DNA of 64,000 nucleotides from an uncultured Spirochaetota bacterium (GCA_963783575.1 CAWAOD010000018.1:128001-192000); one strand, 5' to 3'. Shown: positions 27,760 to 38,238, counted from the stretch's first letter. Numbers and translations are program-made. Notes: a model not told the origin generated them from the sequence alone.

Positions 27760-28723
27760 GATTAGCCTCACAAGCCATTACAAGACGCCTAATATCAAAT
27801 TCAGAATGCAGAAATGATATAAAACCTGCATCTCCATTAAACAGAATACCATAAGATAATAACTTTCTCTTATCTAAAATTTTATTAAGTTTGAAAATAC
27901 TTTTATTTTTATATTTAAATATTTTGGATTTTGACTTTATGATAAATTCCTCATAATTGATTTTCCTGTGGAATACATTGACAGTATCATAAATAGTCAG
28001 GGCTTTATATGAAGGAATATTCTCTCCTTCAATTTTATATTTCGATAGAATTACAGCACAATCCATTCCATTGGCAATATTGTTCGAGCTTAAGATTAAA
28101 TCAACTTTATCAAGATTTTTCAAGAAACCGAACTGCAGACGGAAAGCAGTCCTGCTCTCAAAAGAACAAGTGGTATCAGCTTTATAGTTTTCAAATGGAA
28201 AAGGCGACAGATTATTTTCAAAATCTATTGGTTCGCATATTAGCAAATCATACTTTCTGTCTATTCCAGCAGTTTCAATATTGATTTTTGGGAATGATTT
28301 CAATAATTGATTTTTTAAAAAACTTGTATTTACACCGATATTTTTAGGATTAAACCGGTTAATCACAGAATATAGGGCATTGTTTAAGTCATTGAAAAAA
28401 GCTATATGATCAAATTCAATGATGTTCTTAAACAAACGGATAATCTTTGCATCGAATTTATTGACAAAAAATGATGTTATACCGGCAGATATGCCATCTT
28501 TTATTGACTGAGTAATAGTTTTATAGTTATGTCCCATAATAACACTGCCATTATTTAGGAAAAAATCGATATACTTATTATTATCAATATCATAAATATA
28601 CTGATCTTTTTCACGTTTAACAATCAGTGAAATATTTTTTTGAAATCCCGTTTTTTGAAGTTTTAAAAAAAAATTACCAGATAACGGGGTTTTATATTCA
28701 CCGGAAACCGGGAAATATGACAT
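27752..28723 (-). CDS. Degenerate class-III aminotransferase (HemL/GSA aminomutase-like)
   Basis: N-terminus YIYDIDNNKYIDF..N.GSVIMGHN, plus ICEPI and FESRTAFR. The expected PLP-Lys region reads LSSNNIANGM. Confidence 0.65.
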   Translation of the reverse strand: MSYFPVSGEYKTPLSGNFFLKLQKTGFQKNISLIVKREKDQYIYDIDNNKYIDFFLNNGSVIMGHNYKTITQSIKDGISAGITSFFVNKFDAKIIRLFKNIIEFDHIAFFNDLNNALYSVINRFNPKNIGVNTSFLKNQLLKSFPKINIETAGIDRKYDLLICEPIDFENNLSPFPFENYKADTTCSFESRTAFRLQFGFLKNLDKVDLILSSNNIANGMDCAVILSKYKIEGENIPSYKALTIYDTVNVFHRKINYEEFIIKSKSKIFKYKNKSIFKLNKILDKRKLLSYGILFNGDAGFISFLHSEFDIRRLVMACEANLI

Positions 28724-28774
28724 AACCTACTCCGATAAATTAAGCATTTTTGATGGTAAATCGGACCACTGCCT

Positions 28775-28805
28775 AAAAAAGCTGGCATTTTAAGCCAGCT
28801 TTTTT
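28775..28805 (-). terminator. Intrinsic terminator after rny (bidirectional shape)
   Basis: AAAAAAGCTGGC-ATTTTAA-GCCAGCTTTTTT. Confidence 0.8.
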
Positions 28806-28807
28806 AT

Positions 28808-30337
28808 TTATTTTGCGTATTCTACTACCCTTGTTTCCCTTATTAGAGTAACCTTTATTTGTCCGGGATACCTCATCTCACTTTCAATCTTTTTCGCAAT
28901 ATCTTTAGTGAGAATATAAGCTGATTCGTCATTTACCACATCGCTTGCCACAAAAACCCTAACTTCTCTTCCTGCCTGAATAGCATAGGCTTTTTCTATA
29001 CCTTGAAAGGAGGTAGCGATACTTTCAAGATTCTGTAATCTTTTCAGATAATCCTCAAAAGATTCTCTTCTGGCACCGGGTCGGGCTGCAGATATCGCAT
29101 CAGCTGCTGTTACGATAGATGCTTCAATATACTTTGCTTCTACCTCTCCATGATGCGCAGCAATAGCATTTACAATATTTTCAGATATGCCGAATTTATG
29201 AGCCACTTCCGCGCCAACTAAAGAGTGAACCCCTTCACCGGTACTTTTAATCCCCTTTCCGATATCATGCAGCAAACCGGCAATTTTTGCATTATCAACA
29301 TTAGAACGAAGCTCTCCTGCAATCATCCCAGCAAGGTTTGCGACTTCAATAGAGTGATAATAAACATTTTGGCCGTAACTTGTCCTGTATTTTAATCTTC
29401 CTACGTATGCATACAATTCCCTTGGCAGGTTAATCTTTAAATCCATGCTCGCCTGTTTACCGAGCTCGATTATTTCCTGCGCAATATCTTTCTCAACCTT
29501 AGCAATTATTTCTTCAATCCTGGCTGGATGTATTCTTCCGTCAATAATTAATTTTTCCAGTGCTTGTTTAGCAATTTCTCTACGGTAAGGATCAAAAGAA
29601 GAGATAATAACTACTTCAGGCGTATCATCAATTATCAAATCGACTCCTGCTATCGATTCAAATGCCCTAATATTCCTTCCCTCTCTTCCAATAATGCGGC
29701 CTTTCATTTCATCATTCGGTAAAGTAACTGTAGAAATCGTTTTTTCCGCCGTAACTTCTGCTGCATTTCGCTGTATTGCCGAAACAATTATTTCTCGAGC
29801 CTTGACTTCTCCCTGATCACGAGCTTCGTCTTCGATTTTCTTAATTACATTAATCGAATCCCTTTTAGCCTCGTCAACCATCTCATTTATCAGCTGCTGT
29901 TTAGCTTCAGCAGCTGTCATATGAGCCACCCTTTCAAGTTCTCTCAAATGCTTTTCATAAGCTTTTTTCAGTTCTTCCGATTTCCTTCTGAATTCCTTCT
30001 CTTCATTATCTAGCTCTCTTTCCTTTTTTTCCAGGACTTCAACTCTTTTATCGAGAGCATCTTCTTTTTGAACCAGACGTCGTTGAGCTTGTTGAAGCTC
30101 AAAATTCCTTTCTTTAAATTCCCTGTCCAGTTGCTTTCTTTCTTCAATTACCTTATCTTTTGCTTCAAGAAGGATCTCTTTTTTCCTGGACTCGGCATCC
30201 CTTTGAGCTATTTCCAGGATTTCCTTTACCTTTTCTTCCGCCGAATTTAATCGATACTTCGCTATTAAGATTCTAACAAAGTATCCAATCAAAATACCTA
30301 TTATAAGAGAGGGGATAGCATAAAATAAAATGTTCAT
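28808..30337 (-). CDS. rny: Ribonuclease Y
   Basis: TM helix, coiled coil, KH domain (MKGRIIGREGRNIR) and HD domain (LLHDIGK, ADAISAARPGAR). Confidence 0.97.
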   Translation of the reverse strand: MNILFYAIPSLIIGILIGYFVRILIAKYRLNSAEEKVKEILEIAQRDAESRKKEILLEAKDKVIEERKQLDREFKERNFELQQAQRRLVQKEDALDKRVEVLEKKERELDNEEKEFRRKSEELKKAYEKHLRELERVAHMTAAEAKQQLINEMVDEAKRDSINVIKKIEDEARDQGEVKAREIIVSAIQRNAAEVTAEKTISTVTLPNDEMKGRIIGREGRNIRAFESIAGVDLIIDDTPEVVIISSFDPYRREIAKQALEKLIIDGRIHPARIEEIIAKVEKDIAQEIIELGKQASMDLKINLPRELYAYVGRLKYRTSYGQNVYYHSIEVANLAGMIAGELRSNVDNAKIAGLLHDIGKGIKSTGEGVHSLVGAEVAHKFGISENIVNAIAAHHGEVEAKYIEASIVTAADAISAARPGARRESFEDYLKRLQNLESIATSFQGIEKAYAIQAGREVRVFVASDVVNDESAYILTKDIAKKIESEMRYPGQIKVTLIRETRVVEYAK

Positions 30338-30691
30338 AAAAATCCCCTAAAATTTATTGCTGTTTTAACTGCTAATAATTTAAAGTCAATTTTAATTATT
30401 GTCAATCAATAATAAACTAAAACCCATATTATTAGAAATATTTTTTAATTTTCAATATTAATATAGAAGAACTAATTTTCACTGTTAAGGTTCAAATCAA
30501 AAATTAGTAGAGCTAAATATAAAAAATTAAATATTATACTAATATTCAATATATATTAAATATCGGACAAATTTAAAGATAATTTTAAATATTATTTCAT
30601 TTTATAAAAACATTTTGACAAATTCATTCATTTAAGCATAAAAATATAAAATAAATAAAAAGGAAGGCAATAATTTAATAAATTTAATTAG

Positions 30692-30729
30692 AAAAGGGCA
30701 GGGTAAATTATAACAAATAACCCTACCCT
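30692..30729 (-). terminator. Putative intrinsic terminator of the lipoprotein gene
   Basis: Minus strand AGGGTAGGGT...ACCCTGCCCT-TTT. Confidence 0.55.
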
Positions 30730-30780
30730 CAATTATAACCAAGCATGCAATGTGTATAAAAAACAATTAGCATCTTAAAT

Positions 30781-31749
30781 TTAAGTGTTTGTCATATCAA
30801 TCATTCTGTCTAATCTTAACTTAATTGGTCCATACCTGTTTCTATGCCAGAATTCAAATTCAAGGTGATTGAAATTTGCCGAAAATTCTATTACTCTTAA
30901 AGAACCTTTTGCAGTAGAATTACTTGAACTTAAAACTGAAAGTGAACCATAACCGGCTGTATTAGCAGGATAACCGTCACCGTTAGAAATTGAATCAATA
31001 GTAAATACTTTTAAAATCGAATCATCATCGGATCCGTAATAAAATGAAGGACAATTAGTTAATTTTATTGAACCTATATTTGAAGTCCCCGATAATGCGA
31101 TGCCGGAATAGCAACCATTCGGATAAAAGGTGACTTCCACTTGATAAGGATTTACCCAGGGAGTCGTAACATATCCTGTCCATTTTCCTGCAATTCTCGA
31201 TTGATAAGCATCAAGATATACATAATTGGTATCATTTGTAATAATAGGTGAATCATTGTTAGTCACTGTATTTGTATCGTTTGTTCCAATAGATACTGTG
31301 ATATTACCACCAAGATTAATTATTATATCATAGTCATAACCTTTTTGAATATTAAAGTTATAACCACTATTGTTTGTTTCATTGGAAAGATTGATTTCCG
31401 AAAGATTCAATGTGTACGATCCAAAATCCATACCTGAAAAATGAATCGATGTATCATCACCGTTTCGCCAGTTCGTGATTAGATTTTCACCTGAAGGAGT
31501 AATAAGCCCTATTACAGCTTCAATTATTTTCAACTCATAAAGTTCGATAAAACTTTTAGAGGCAGCCCCCTGCAGAACAATGCTGAATGATGCTTTTCCC
31601 TGCGTATCAACGGTCTGTTTTATTGTTGCTGAACCACTCTGGTCATTAGGATTGAGGCCATCAGACTGATATGAACAGCCGGAATAGTAAAGAATAATCA
31701 AGATCAATAAAAAACACTTTTTCAGTACTACGAAATGTTCTCCTTTCAT
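30781..31749 (-). CDS. Hypothetical lipoprotein
   Basis: Signal peptide with a YSGC lipobox, T/N-rich linker, GGAGG RBS. Confidence 0.7.
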   Translation of the reverse strand: MKGEHFVVLKKCFLLILIILYYSGCSYQSDGLNPNDQSGSATIKQTVDTQGKASFSIVLQGAASKSFIELYELKIIEAVIGLITPSGENLITNWRNGDDTSIHFSGMDFGSYTLNLSEINLSNETNNSGYNFNIQKGYDYDIIINLGGNITVSIGTNDTNTVTNNDSPIITNDTNYVYLDAYQSRIAGKWTGYVTTPWVNPYQVEVTFYPNGCYSGIALSGTSNIGSIKLTNCPSFYYGSDDDSILKVFTIDSISNGDGYPANTAGYGSLSVLSSSNSTAKGSLRVIEFSANFNHLEFEFWHRNRYGPIKLRLDRMIDMTNT

Positions 31750-31877
31750 ATGATATCCTCCTAAAATTTTATTAGAAGGATTATTTTAGCAATAATTCTT
31801 TTCAGAAACAATATAACAAATGTCACAATTTACATATGAAAAAAGTCATAATTTTATTATTATACGCCTGACAAATA

Positions 31878-32639
31878 TCATATTTTTTCACAAAAGTAAA
31901 TGTCTTCATCTTTTAACAAACCGAATTTCTCTATTATCTGTGTCCCGAGACTTTCGGCGTATTTATCAACCTTGACCCTGAATCCTGCCAATTCAAGTTT
32001 ATTCTTGTAATCCAGACCATATATCCGGACATGATCACGTAAACCGAAATATTTTTCCCTCTCTTTCGGGTTTGTTATATTTGGGTCCTCAAATGTTACA
32101 TTCCTTGTAGAATCAAGAGGTACCTGGAGAATTGCCCAGCCGCCTTTCTTAAGAACACGAAAAAGCTCCAGCATCGCTTTCCGGTCCTCAGGAATATGCT
32201 CAAGAACATGGCTGCAAATGATTACATCAAAAGTATTATCGGCATATGGAATATCAGTGATATCAATTTTTTCCATTGCCATTAAAAGACTCAAGTCCGC
32301 ACTTACATAATCAATATTCGGCATATCCAAAAACCTATCCTCAAAAACAAATTCCGGGGCAAAGTGCAGAAGCTTTAAATTATGCAAAAAAAGATTGGTT
32401 TTCTCAAGGAAATAAAGCCAGAGTAAACGGTGCCTTTCAAAGCTAGCACATTTTGGGCAAACCTTTACAATAAAAAAGGGAGTACGGTACATTGAAAAAG
32501 CCCTGAATTTACCGTTGCAGCATGGACATTCATATTTATTTCCCCAAAAAAACATCGCTCTCAATTGATAATAAAATTTTAAAGGTAAAAATGAAACTTT
32601 AATCCATTTCTTTTTATTCATTTTTTCTGGTTCAGTCAT
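31878..32639 (-). CDS. SAM-dependent methyltransferase domain protein with N-terminal CxxC pairs
   Basis: CPCC, CPKC.S.ERHR, LHFAPE, FDVIICSHVLEH, RVLKKGG. Confidence 0.85.
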   Translation of the reverse strand: MTEPEKMNKKKWIKVSFLPLKFYYQLRAMFFWGNKYECPCCNGKFRAFSMYRTPFFIVKVCPKCASFERHRLLWLYFLEKTNLFLHNLKLLHFAPEFVFEDRFLDMPNIDYVSADLSLLMAMEKIDITDIPYADNTFDVIICSHVLEHIPEDRKAMLELFRVLKKGGWAILQVPLDSTRNVTFEDPNITNPKEREKYFGLRDHVRIYGLDYKNKLELAGFRVKVDKYAESLGTQIIEKFGLLKDEDIYFCEKI

Positions 32640-32762
32640 ATATCACCCCTAATTCTGAAAATTTTAACTGATGAAAATGAAAGAATCAATAAATTAAGGA
32701 ACATAATATTGCTTTTTCATTGAAAATTATTTAGATTAATAATAATTTCGTGGGAGGTTTAC

Positions 32763-33470
32763 ATGAAGTATTTGATATTTAGCTTGATTTTATCAGGGCT
32801 ATCAAGCTTTGTTTTCCCGGAAGCAACCCTTGAACAATCCAAGAAGATTGTCAACAATATTACCTGGTTCGGACAATCGGGATTTTAAATCAGGGGAGAA
32901 GGTAAAACTATTTATATTGATCCATACCGGATTAAAAATATTGACAAGGCCGACATAATCCTGATAACTCACAGTCATATGGATCATTTTGACAAAACCA
33001 GCATATCAAAATTAGCAGCATCCAATACTGTTTTCCTTGCACCTAAAGATATTGCTGGCGATTTGGGAAAAAATTCCATAGCAGTTGAACCGGGATTAGA
33101 AACCAATATAATGGGAATTATTATTGAGACGGTACCCGCATATAATATCGTAAAAAAATCATTTCATCCGAAGGAAAATAAATGGGTTGGTTATATTGTA
33201 ACAGTAAATGGTGTAAGAATTTACCATGCCGGAGACACTGAAAGGATTCCTGAAATGAAAAATTTCAAATGTGACATTGCATTATTGCCGCTCGGGCAGA
33301 CATATACAATGAACAGCGTTGATGAAGCTGCCGGGGCTGCGCTGGATGTGAAAGCAAAAATTGCCATACCGATGCACTTTGGAATGTATGAGGGATCGGT
33401 AGCTGACGCGGCTAAATTTGGTGAACTTTTAAAGGATAAAATAGATGTATTTATATTAGTAAAAAAATAA
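32763..33470 (+). pseudogene. Exported MBL-fold metallo-hydrolase with an in-frame TAA at 32886
   Basis: ATG at 32763 after GGAGG gives MKYLIF...ITWFGQSGF*IRGEGKTIYIDP...LITHSHMDH, in frame with ORF 32979-33470 (YHAGDT, IPMHFG). Confidence 0.82.
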
Positions 33471-33600
33471 TATCTGTTTATTCTAAAAAAGACCTTCGTA
33501 AATTTTCTTACGCTGACAAATAAGAAAAATTATCCATAAATTTCATTTTTTTATTTTACAGTTTTAGGGAAGTATAAAATAAAAAAAGTCTAGATTACTA

Positions 33601-33642
33601 TTGACAAGACGAATTCATTTGTTGTATAATTTATACAACAAA
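33601..33642 (+). promoter_or_regulatory. Consensus sigma70 promoter overlapped by a perfect 12-1-12 palindrome (candidate TrmB operator)
   Basis: TTGACA(33601)-N18-TATAAT(33625); TTTGTTGTATAA-T-TTATACAACAAA at 33618-33642. Confidence 0.75.
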
Positions 33643-33656
33643 ATTAGGAATAAATA

Positions 33657-34452
33657 ATGGATGATTTAATTGATAATTTAACATTATTTCATTTCAGTAA
33701 AATTGAGGCCGAAATCTATCTCTGTCTGTTAAAAAACCGGGAAATGAACGGCTCCCAGATAGCAAGGCAGATTAATAAACCAAGAACAACCGTTTATATG
33801 TCCCTGGACAGTTTATACAAAAAAGGCGCAGTTTTCATGCTTCCCGGGGAACCAGTTTATTACAAACCTCAGGATCCAAAAATCCTGATCGAAAATTTGA
33901 AAAAAGTATATTCCAATTCATTTTCCATTCTGGAAAAGAAGCTTGAAAATTTCGATATCTACAGCTCCGAAGATCAATTCTGGAATTTAAAGGGATTCAA
34001 CAATATTATTTCAAAAGCGAATGAACTTTTCAGTAATGCAGAAAAAGAGGTTTTTATCAATACAAATCTCGATCTCCACCTTTTTAAAGAAAATCTAAAA
34101 AAGCTCTCTGAAAATAATATAAGGATTATCATTTTTTCTTTTTCATGACCTTGATCTTGATGGTTTAAATGCTGAATTTTATCATAATCCAAGAAGGGTT
34201 GTTGAGATTCCATATAGAAGGCTTATGGTTGTCATAGATGAAAAAAAGGTTTTAATTGCAAGCGGTAATGAAATGGGAGAATATCTGGCTACATTTTCCG
34301 AGAATTTCTTCCTGGTTTCAATAATCCTGGAACATATTCATAATGATATATATCTAAATAAAATAGATCAGAAATATGGAAATCATTTACTGGATAAAGA
34401 AATAAAGATACACAGTATTTTTGAAAAAAAAGTCATTTCTATTGGAAAATAA
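33657..34452 (+). pseudogene. TrmB-family transcriptional regulator with a +1 frameshift in a T-run near 34140
   Basis: FSKIEAEIYLCLL...PRTTVYMSLDSL HTH. Removing one T joins IIFSF to HDLDLDGL...RRLMVVIDEKKVLI. Confidence 0.82.
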
Positions 34453-34543
34453 AAATTATTTGATGGAGGTTCTTATGTAAATAAAATTTATAGAGGTTAT
34501 ACGTGTAAAAGGGGTATTTATGTATTAAACGAGGAGGAATATT

Positions 34544-35788
34544 ATGAGAAAATATTGGAAAAAAATGATTTCTTTGGCGATTTTAGCGGTATTTTTTGGG
34601 GGAATGATTTATGCCGACACTGTAAAACTTGATGTTTTTTTCTACAAACAGGAAATTAAAGATGCACTGAAAAAAATGGGTGATGTTTTCACGCAAAAAA
34701 ATCCCAATATTACTGTCGAGTTCGAAATGATACCGAATGACAGTATGACGGTACTTAAAACCAGGATGTCAGGCGGGCAGGCTCCGACACTTATCCAGCT
34801 GCAATCCTATTCGGCGGTATTTGAGTTTGCCAAGGCCGGGTGGCTTCTTGACCTGTCAAAGGAACCGGTTATGTCAAAAGTGGTTGACAGCGCAAAAGGC
34901 GCCGTTACATATAAAGGTAAACAGTATTCACTGCCTATGGATCTTGCCGGAATAGGCATTATCTATAACAAAGATATTTTTGATAAATATAATCTGAAAC
35001 CCCCTGTAACATTCTCAGATTTGAAAGCAGTTTGCGCGGCTCTAAAGAAAAACGGCATAACTCCATTCGCATCAATGTTCAAGCCAAACTGGTCCGTAGG
35101 GCATTTTATTTCGATGGTACATACATCGCTTACCGGTTCAAAGCTGATGCCCTGGATGGACTCTATGAACTCAGGCAAAGGCTCCTTCGCTGATCCGATT
35201 AACAAAGACGATCTTTTTAAGATCATCGATTTTTATAAAGACAATTCCGACCCAAAGGCAGCGGAATTTGACTGGAACGAACAGCAGGCATCCTTCGCGA
35301 AAGGCGAAGCGGCAATGATGGTGCAGGGTTTATGGTCTTACGGTGCCGCTATTTCAACAAACCCTAAACTTAATTGCGGCTTTATTGCTTTTCCCTGCAC
35401 AGATAATCCGAAAGATTCAAAGCTTTTTGCGGATGTTGATTCAACTTTCGCAATATCCGCGACAGCAAGCCCGGATAAAATGAGTGCGGCAAAAACCTTC
35501 CTTGAATGGCTGTCTTCTCCCGAAGCTATAAAAATGTGGATTGAGGACTGCAAGCTTGTACCTACATTCAAAGGGGCCAATGTTAAATCAATGCAGCAGC
35601 CTTTCCAGGATCTTGTCGGCTATGTCGGTAAGGGAGATGTAAACCCCTGGGCTTTCTCGATGTACCCTGTAGCCGTATTTGAGGATGGATGTAAAAACGG
35701 AACACAGGAATACATTTTAGGCAGAAAGAACGCCGACCAGGTTATAGCCTATATCGATGATTTGTGGAAACAAAATACCGGTAAGTAA
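34544..35788 (+). CDS. Carbohydrate ABC transporter substrate-binding protein
   Basis: Signal peptide, GIIYNKDIF, FAKGEAAM..QGLW. Confidence 0.92.
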   Translation: MRKYWKKMISLAILAVFFGGMIYADTVKLDVFFYKQEIKDALKKMGDVFTQKNPNITVEFEMIPNDSMTVLKTRMSGGQAPTLIQLQSYSAVFEFAKAGWLLDLSKEPVMSKVVDSAKGAVTYKGKQYSLPMDLAGIGIIYNKDIFDKYNLKPPVTFSDLKAVCAALKKNGITPFASMFKPNWSVGHFISMVHTSLTGSKLMPWMDSMNSGKGSFADPINKDDLFKIIDFYKDNSDPKAAEFDWNEQQASFAKGEAAMMVQGLWSYGAAISTNPKLNCGFIAFPCTDNPKDSKLFADVDSTFAISATASPDKMSAAKTFLEWLSSPEAIKMWIEDCKLVPTFKGANVKSMQQPFQDLVGYVGKGDVNPWAFSMYPVAVFEDGCKNGTQEYILGRKNADQVIAYIDDLWKQNTGK

Positions 35789-35818
35789 TTATCAATATTT
35801 ATATTACAAGATTTTTAA

Positions 35819-35854
35819 TAAAGAATAAGCGGGTGTAAATCCGCTTATTCTTTA
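35819..35854 (+). terminator. Intergenic stem-loop after the binding-protein gene
   Basis: TAAAGAATAAGCGG-GTGTAAAT-CCGCTTATTCTTTA, a perfect 14-bp stem. Confidence 0.7.
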
Positions 35855-35874
35855 ATTTATTTTTGGAGGAGACT

Positions 35875-37215
35875 ATGGTAACCTCAAAAAAGAAAACTGT
35901 TTTTTATTTTATTGTATTTTTATTCCCCGCGATTTTTCTTTATATGATTTTTTTTATCAGCCCTCTGATACGCGGAGTTCAATACTCCTTTACAGACTGG
36001 AACGGCGTAGCTCCTGAACTTCCTTTCAATATGGATAAAAATGATTTTAATAATAATGTTATCCAAAAATTAAAAGACAAAAATAAAATTGAATATTTAA
36101 TGAAGTATTATACATTAAACGATAGCGCAGACACCTATAATCTTAAACAGTGGCTGACTGAAACAAATGGTGATAAAATTACAACAAGACCGATTGGAAA
36201 CGGTGAAAAAAACAGGCTGAAAAGCATTTTTAATTCGGTTGGTATTTCTTCGATTAAATTCGTCGGTTTAAATAACTTCATTGAAATGTTCCAGAAGGAT
36301 ATGAGATTCAAGCCAAGGATAGAAAAAAGATATTTATTCAAGGAATATAATGATCTCCCTGCAGAAGTTGATTCATCATTCAGGGCTCATTTAATCGGGC
36401 ACATTAAGGATAAAGATGACAAGGACTTTGTGCTAGCAAAGTATAGTTATGATAATAAAAATAAAAAATATACACTCATTGAAAATCTTACAACGGATGA
36501 AATAGCCAGGCTAAAAAAAATTCTAAGCCGGAATATGTATGAAATTCAATTCACTTACGGTGTTATTGGTTTTACTCTTCTTTTTACTATACTGAACGTA
36601 ACTTTTGCAAATATTCTTGCATTGCTGCTCGCGCTTATTCTTGATCAAAAGCTGAAAACAAAAAACACACTCAGGTCCATTTTCTTCCTGCCCAATGTCT
36701 TAAGCCTTGTGATCGTTGCTTTTGTATGGTCGTTTATTTTCAATTTAATACTGCCGAAATTAACCGGAATACAGATCTGGCTTGGAAGCCCTGATCTGGC
36801 TCCCTTTGCAGTAATTATTGTTACGGTATGGCAGGGGTGCGGGTATCTGATGATTATTTATCTTGCAGGTCTGCAGACAATCCCTCAGGAAATTATTGAG
36901 GTCTCCGAAATAGACGGAGCCGGCGGTTTACAGAGGCTTTTTTATATAACTTTGCCGCTTTTACTGCCGTCCGCAACAATTTGCATTTTCTACAGTCTGT
37001 CCAGTTCTTTAAAAGCATTCGATGCCATTTATGCCATGACCAGCGGCGGTCCGGCTTACTCGACAACAAATATTGTCATTGATATTTATAATAACGCGTT
37101 TCTACAGAACAGGTTCGGTTACGCTACCGCCAAAGCAATTTTACTCTGTCTGATTATTATGCTGATCACAGGAATTCAACTTAATTATATGAAAAGAAAG
37201 GAGGTTGAATTATGA
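35875..37215 (+). CDS. Carbohydrate ABC permease (MalF/UgpA-like) with a large extracytoplasmic insertion
   Basis: YSFTDW, FVGLNNF and the EAA loop EVSEIDGA; insertion of about 180 aa. Confidence 0.9.
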   Translation: MVTSKKKTVFYFIVFLFPAIFLYMIFFISPLIRGVQYSFTDWNGVAPELPFNMDKNDFNNNVIQKLKDKNKIEYLMKYYTLNDSADTYNLKQWLTETNGDKITTRPIGNGEKNRLKSIFNSVGISSIKFVGLNNFIEMFQKDMRFKPRIEKRYLFKEYNDLPAEVDSSFRAHLIGHIKDKDDKDFVLAKYSYDNKNKKYTLIENLTTDEIARLKKILSRNMYEIQFTYGVIGFTLLFTILNVTFANILALLLALILDQKLKTKNTLRSIFFLPNVLSLVIVAFVWSFIFNLILPKLTGIQIWLGSPDLAPFAVIIVTVWQGCGYLMIIYLAGLQTIPQEIIEVSEIDGAGGLQRLFYITLPLLLPSATICIFYSLSSSLKAFDAIYAMTSGGPAYSTTNIVIDIYNNAFLQNRFGYATAKAILLCLIIMLITGIQLNYMKRKEVEL

Positions 37216-38078
37216 TATCAAAACCTTCAATTACAAATCAGGAAACAATAATTGTTATAAAACCAAAAATAAATATACCGATGATTTCAGTTGAAATCCT
37301 GATGTGGGCCGCAGCCATAATATTTCTTTTCCCGGCTCTTCTTACACTGCTGGATTCATTTAAAACAGACGCGCAGATAATACTCAACCCTGTTTCAATT
37401 CCGTTATCTATCCATATTGACAATTATATCGATGCATGGAAGGCAACAAGGTTTCCCATAGTCCTGGCAAATACTTTCATAATAACTGTTCTAAGCACTG
37501 CAGGCATTATACTTTTCAGCTCAATGGCGGCATATATTCTTGTCAGGACAAAATCCAAATGGAGCTGGGTCATATTTCTTTTCTTTACATTTTCAATGAT
37601 CGTGCCATTTCAGACAATTATGATCCCACTTGTCCAGACTGCAAAGGATTTTAACCTGAAAAGCGTCCCGGGGATTATTCCAATTTATATTGGCTTGGGT
37701 TGTCCGCTGTCAATATTTATGTATCATGGCTTTATTAAAGGGATTCCTATCGAGCTTGAAGAGGCTGCCGCTATTGACGGAGCTTCAACTTTCAGGATAT
37801 TCTTTACGGTGGTTTATCCTCTTCTTCTGCCGGTTACAGCTACTGTGGCAATATTAAACGCGCTCTGGCTATGGAATGATTTTCTTCTTCCTTTGATAAT
37901 TCTTCCAAAGCAGACTACACTTCAGCTGGCGCAATTCGGATTTTTCAGCCAGTTCAAAAGAGAATATGGAATGGCAATGGCATCCCTGGTTCTTTCAGCG
38001 TCTCCGATAGTAATCTTTTATATTTTGATGCAGAAATATATTATAAAGGGCATTACCGCTGGCGCTGTTAAAGGTTGA
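37212..38078 (+). CDS. Carbohydrate ABC permease (MalG/UgpE-like)
   Basis: IPIELEEAAAIDGAS, WNDFLLP, GITAGAVKG. Confidence 0.93.
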   Translation: MISKPSITNQETIIVIKPKINIPMISVEILMWAAAIIFLFPALLTLLDSFKTDAQIILNPVSIPLSIHIDNYIDAWKATRFPIVLANTFIITVLSTAGIILFSSMAAYILVRTKSKWSWVIFLFFTFSMIVPFQTIMIPLVQTAKDFNLKSVPGIIPIYIGLGCPLSIFMYHGFIKGIPIELEEAAAIDGASTFRIFFTVVYPLLLPVTATVAILNALWLWNDFLLPLIILPKQTTLQLAQFGFFSQFKREYGMAMASLVLSASPIVIFYILMQKYIIKGITAGAVKG

Positions 38079-38238
38079 AGGCAGCATATCAACTCAAGTC
38101 AAATTGGCCGCCGAAATATCAATCAATGCTTTTTGTAAGCTTCTCGTCTTATCTCCCCATTTGCTTTTTATTTAATAAAATACTAAATTTGATTATAGGC
38201 AAATAAGCTATTATGCGTAAACCCCTGGGGAGGTTATT

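Noticed and set aside
30338..30780. 6S RNA or oriC in the long AT-rich spacer upstream of rny
   Set aside because: No long GC-containing rod structure and no DnaA-box cluster visible.
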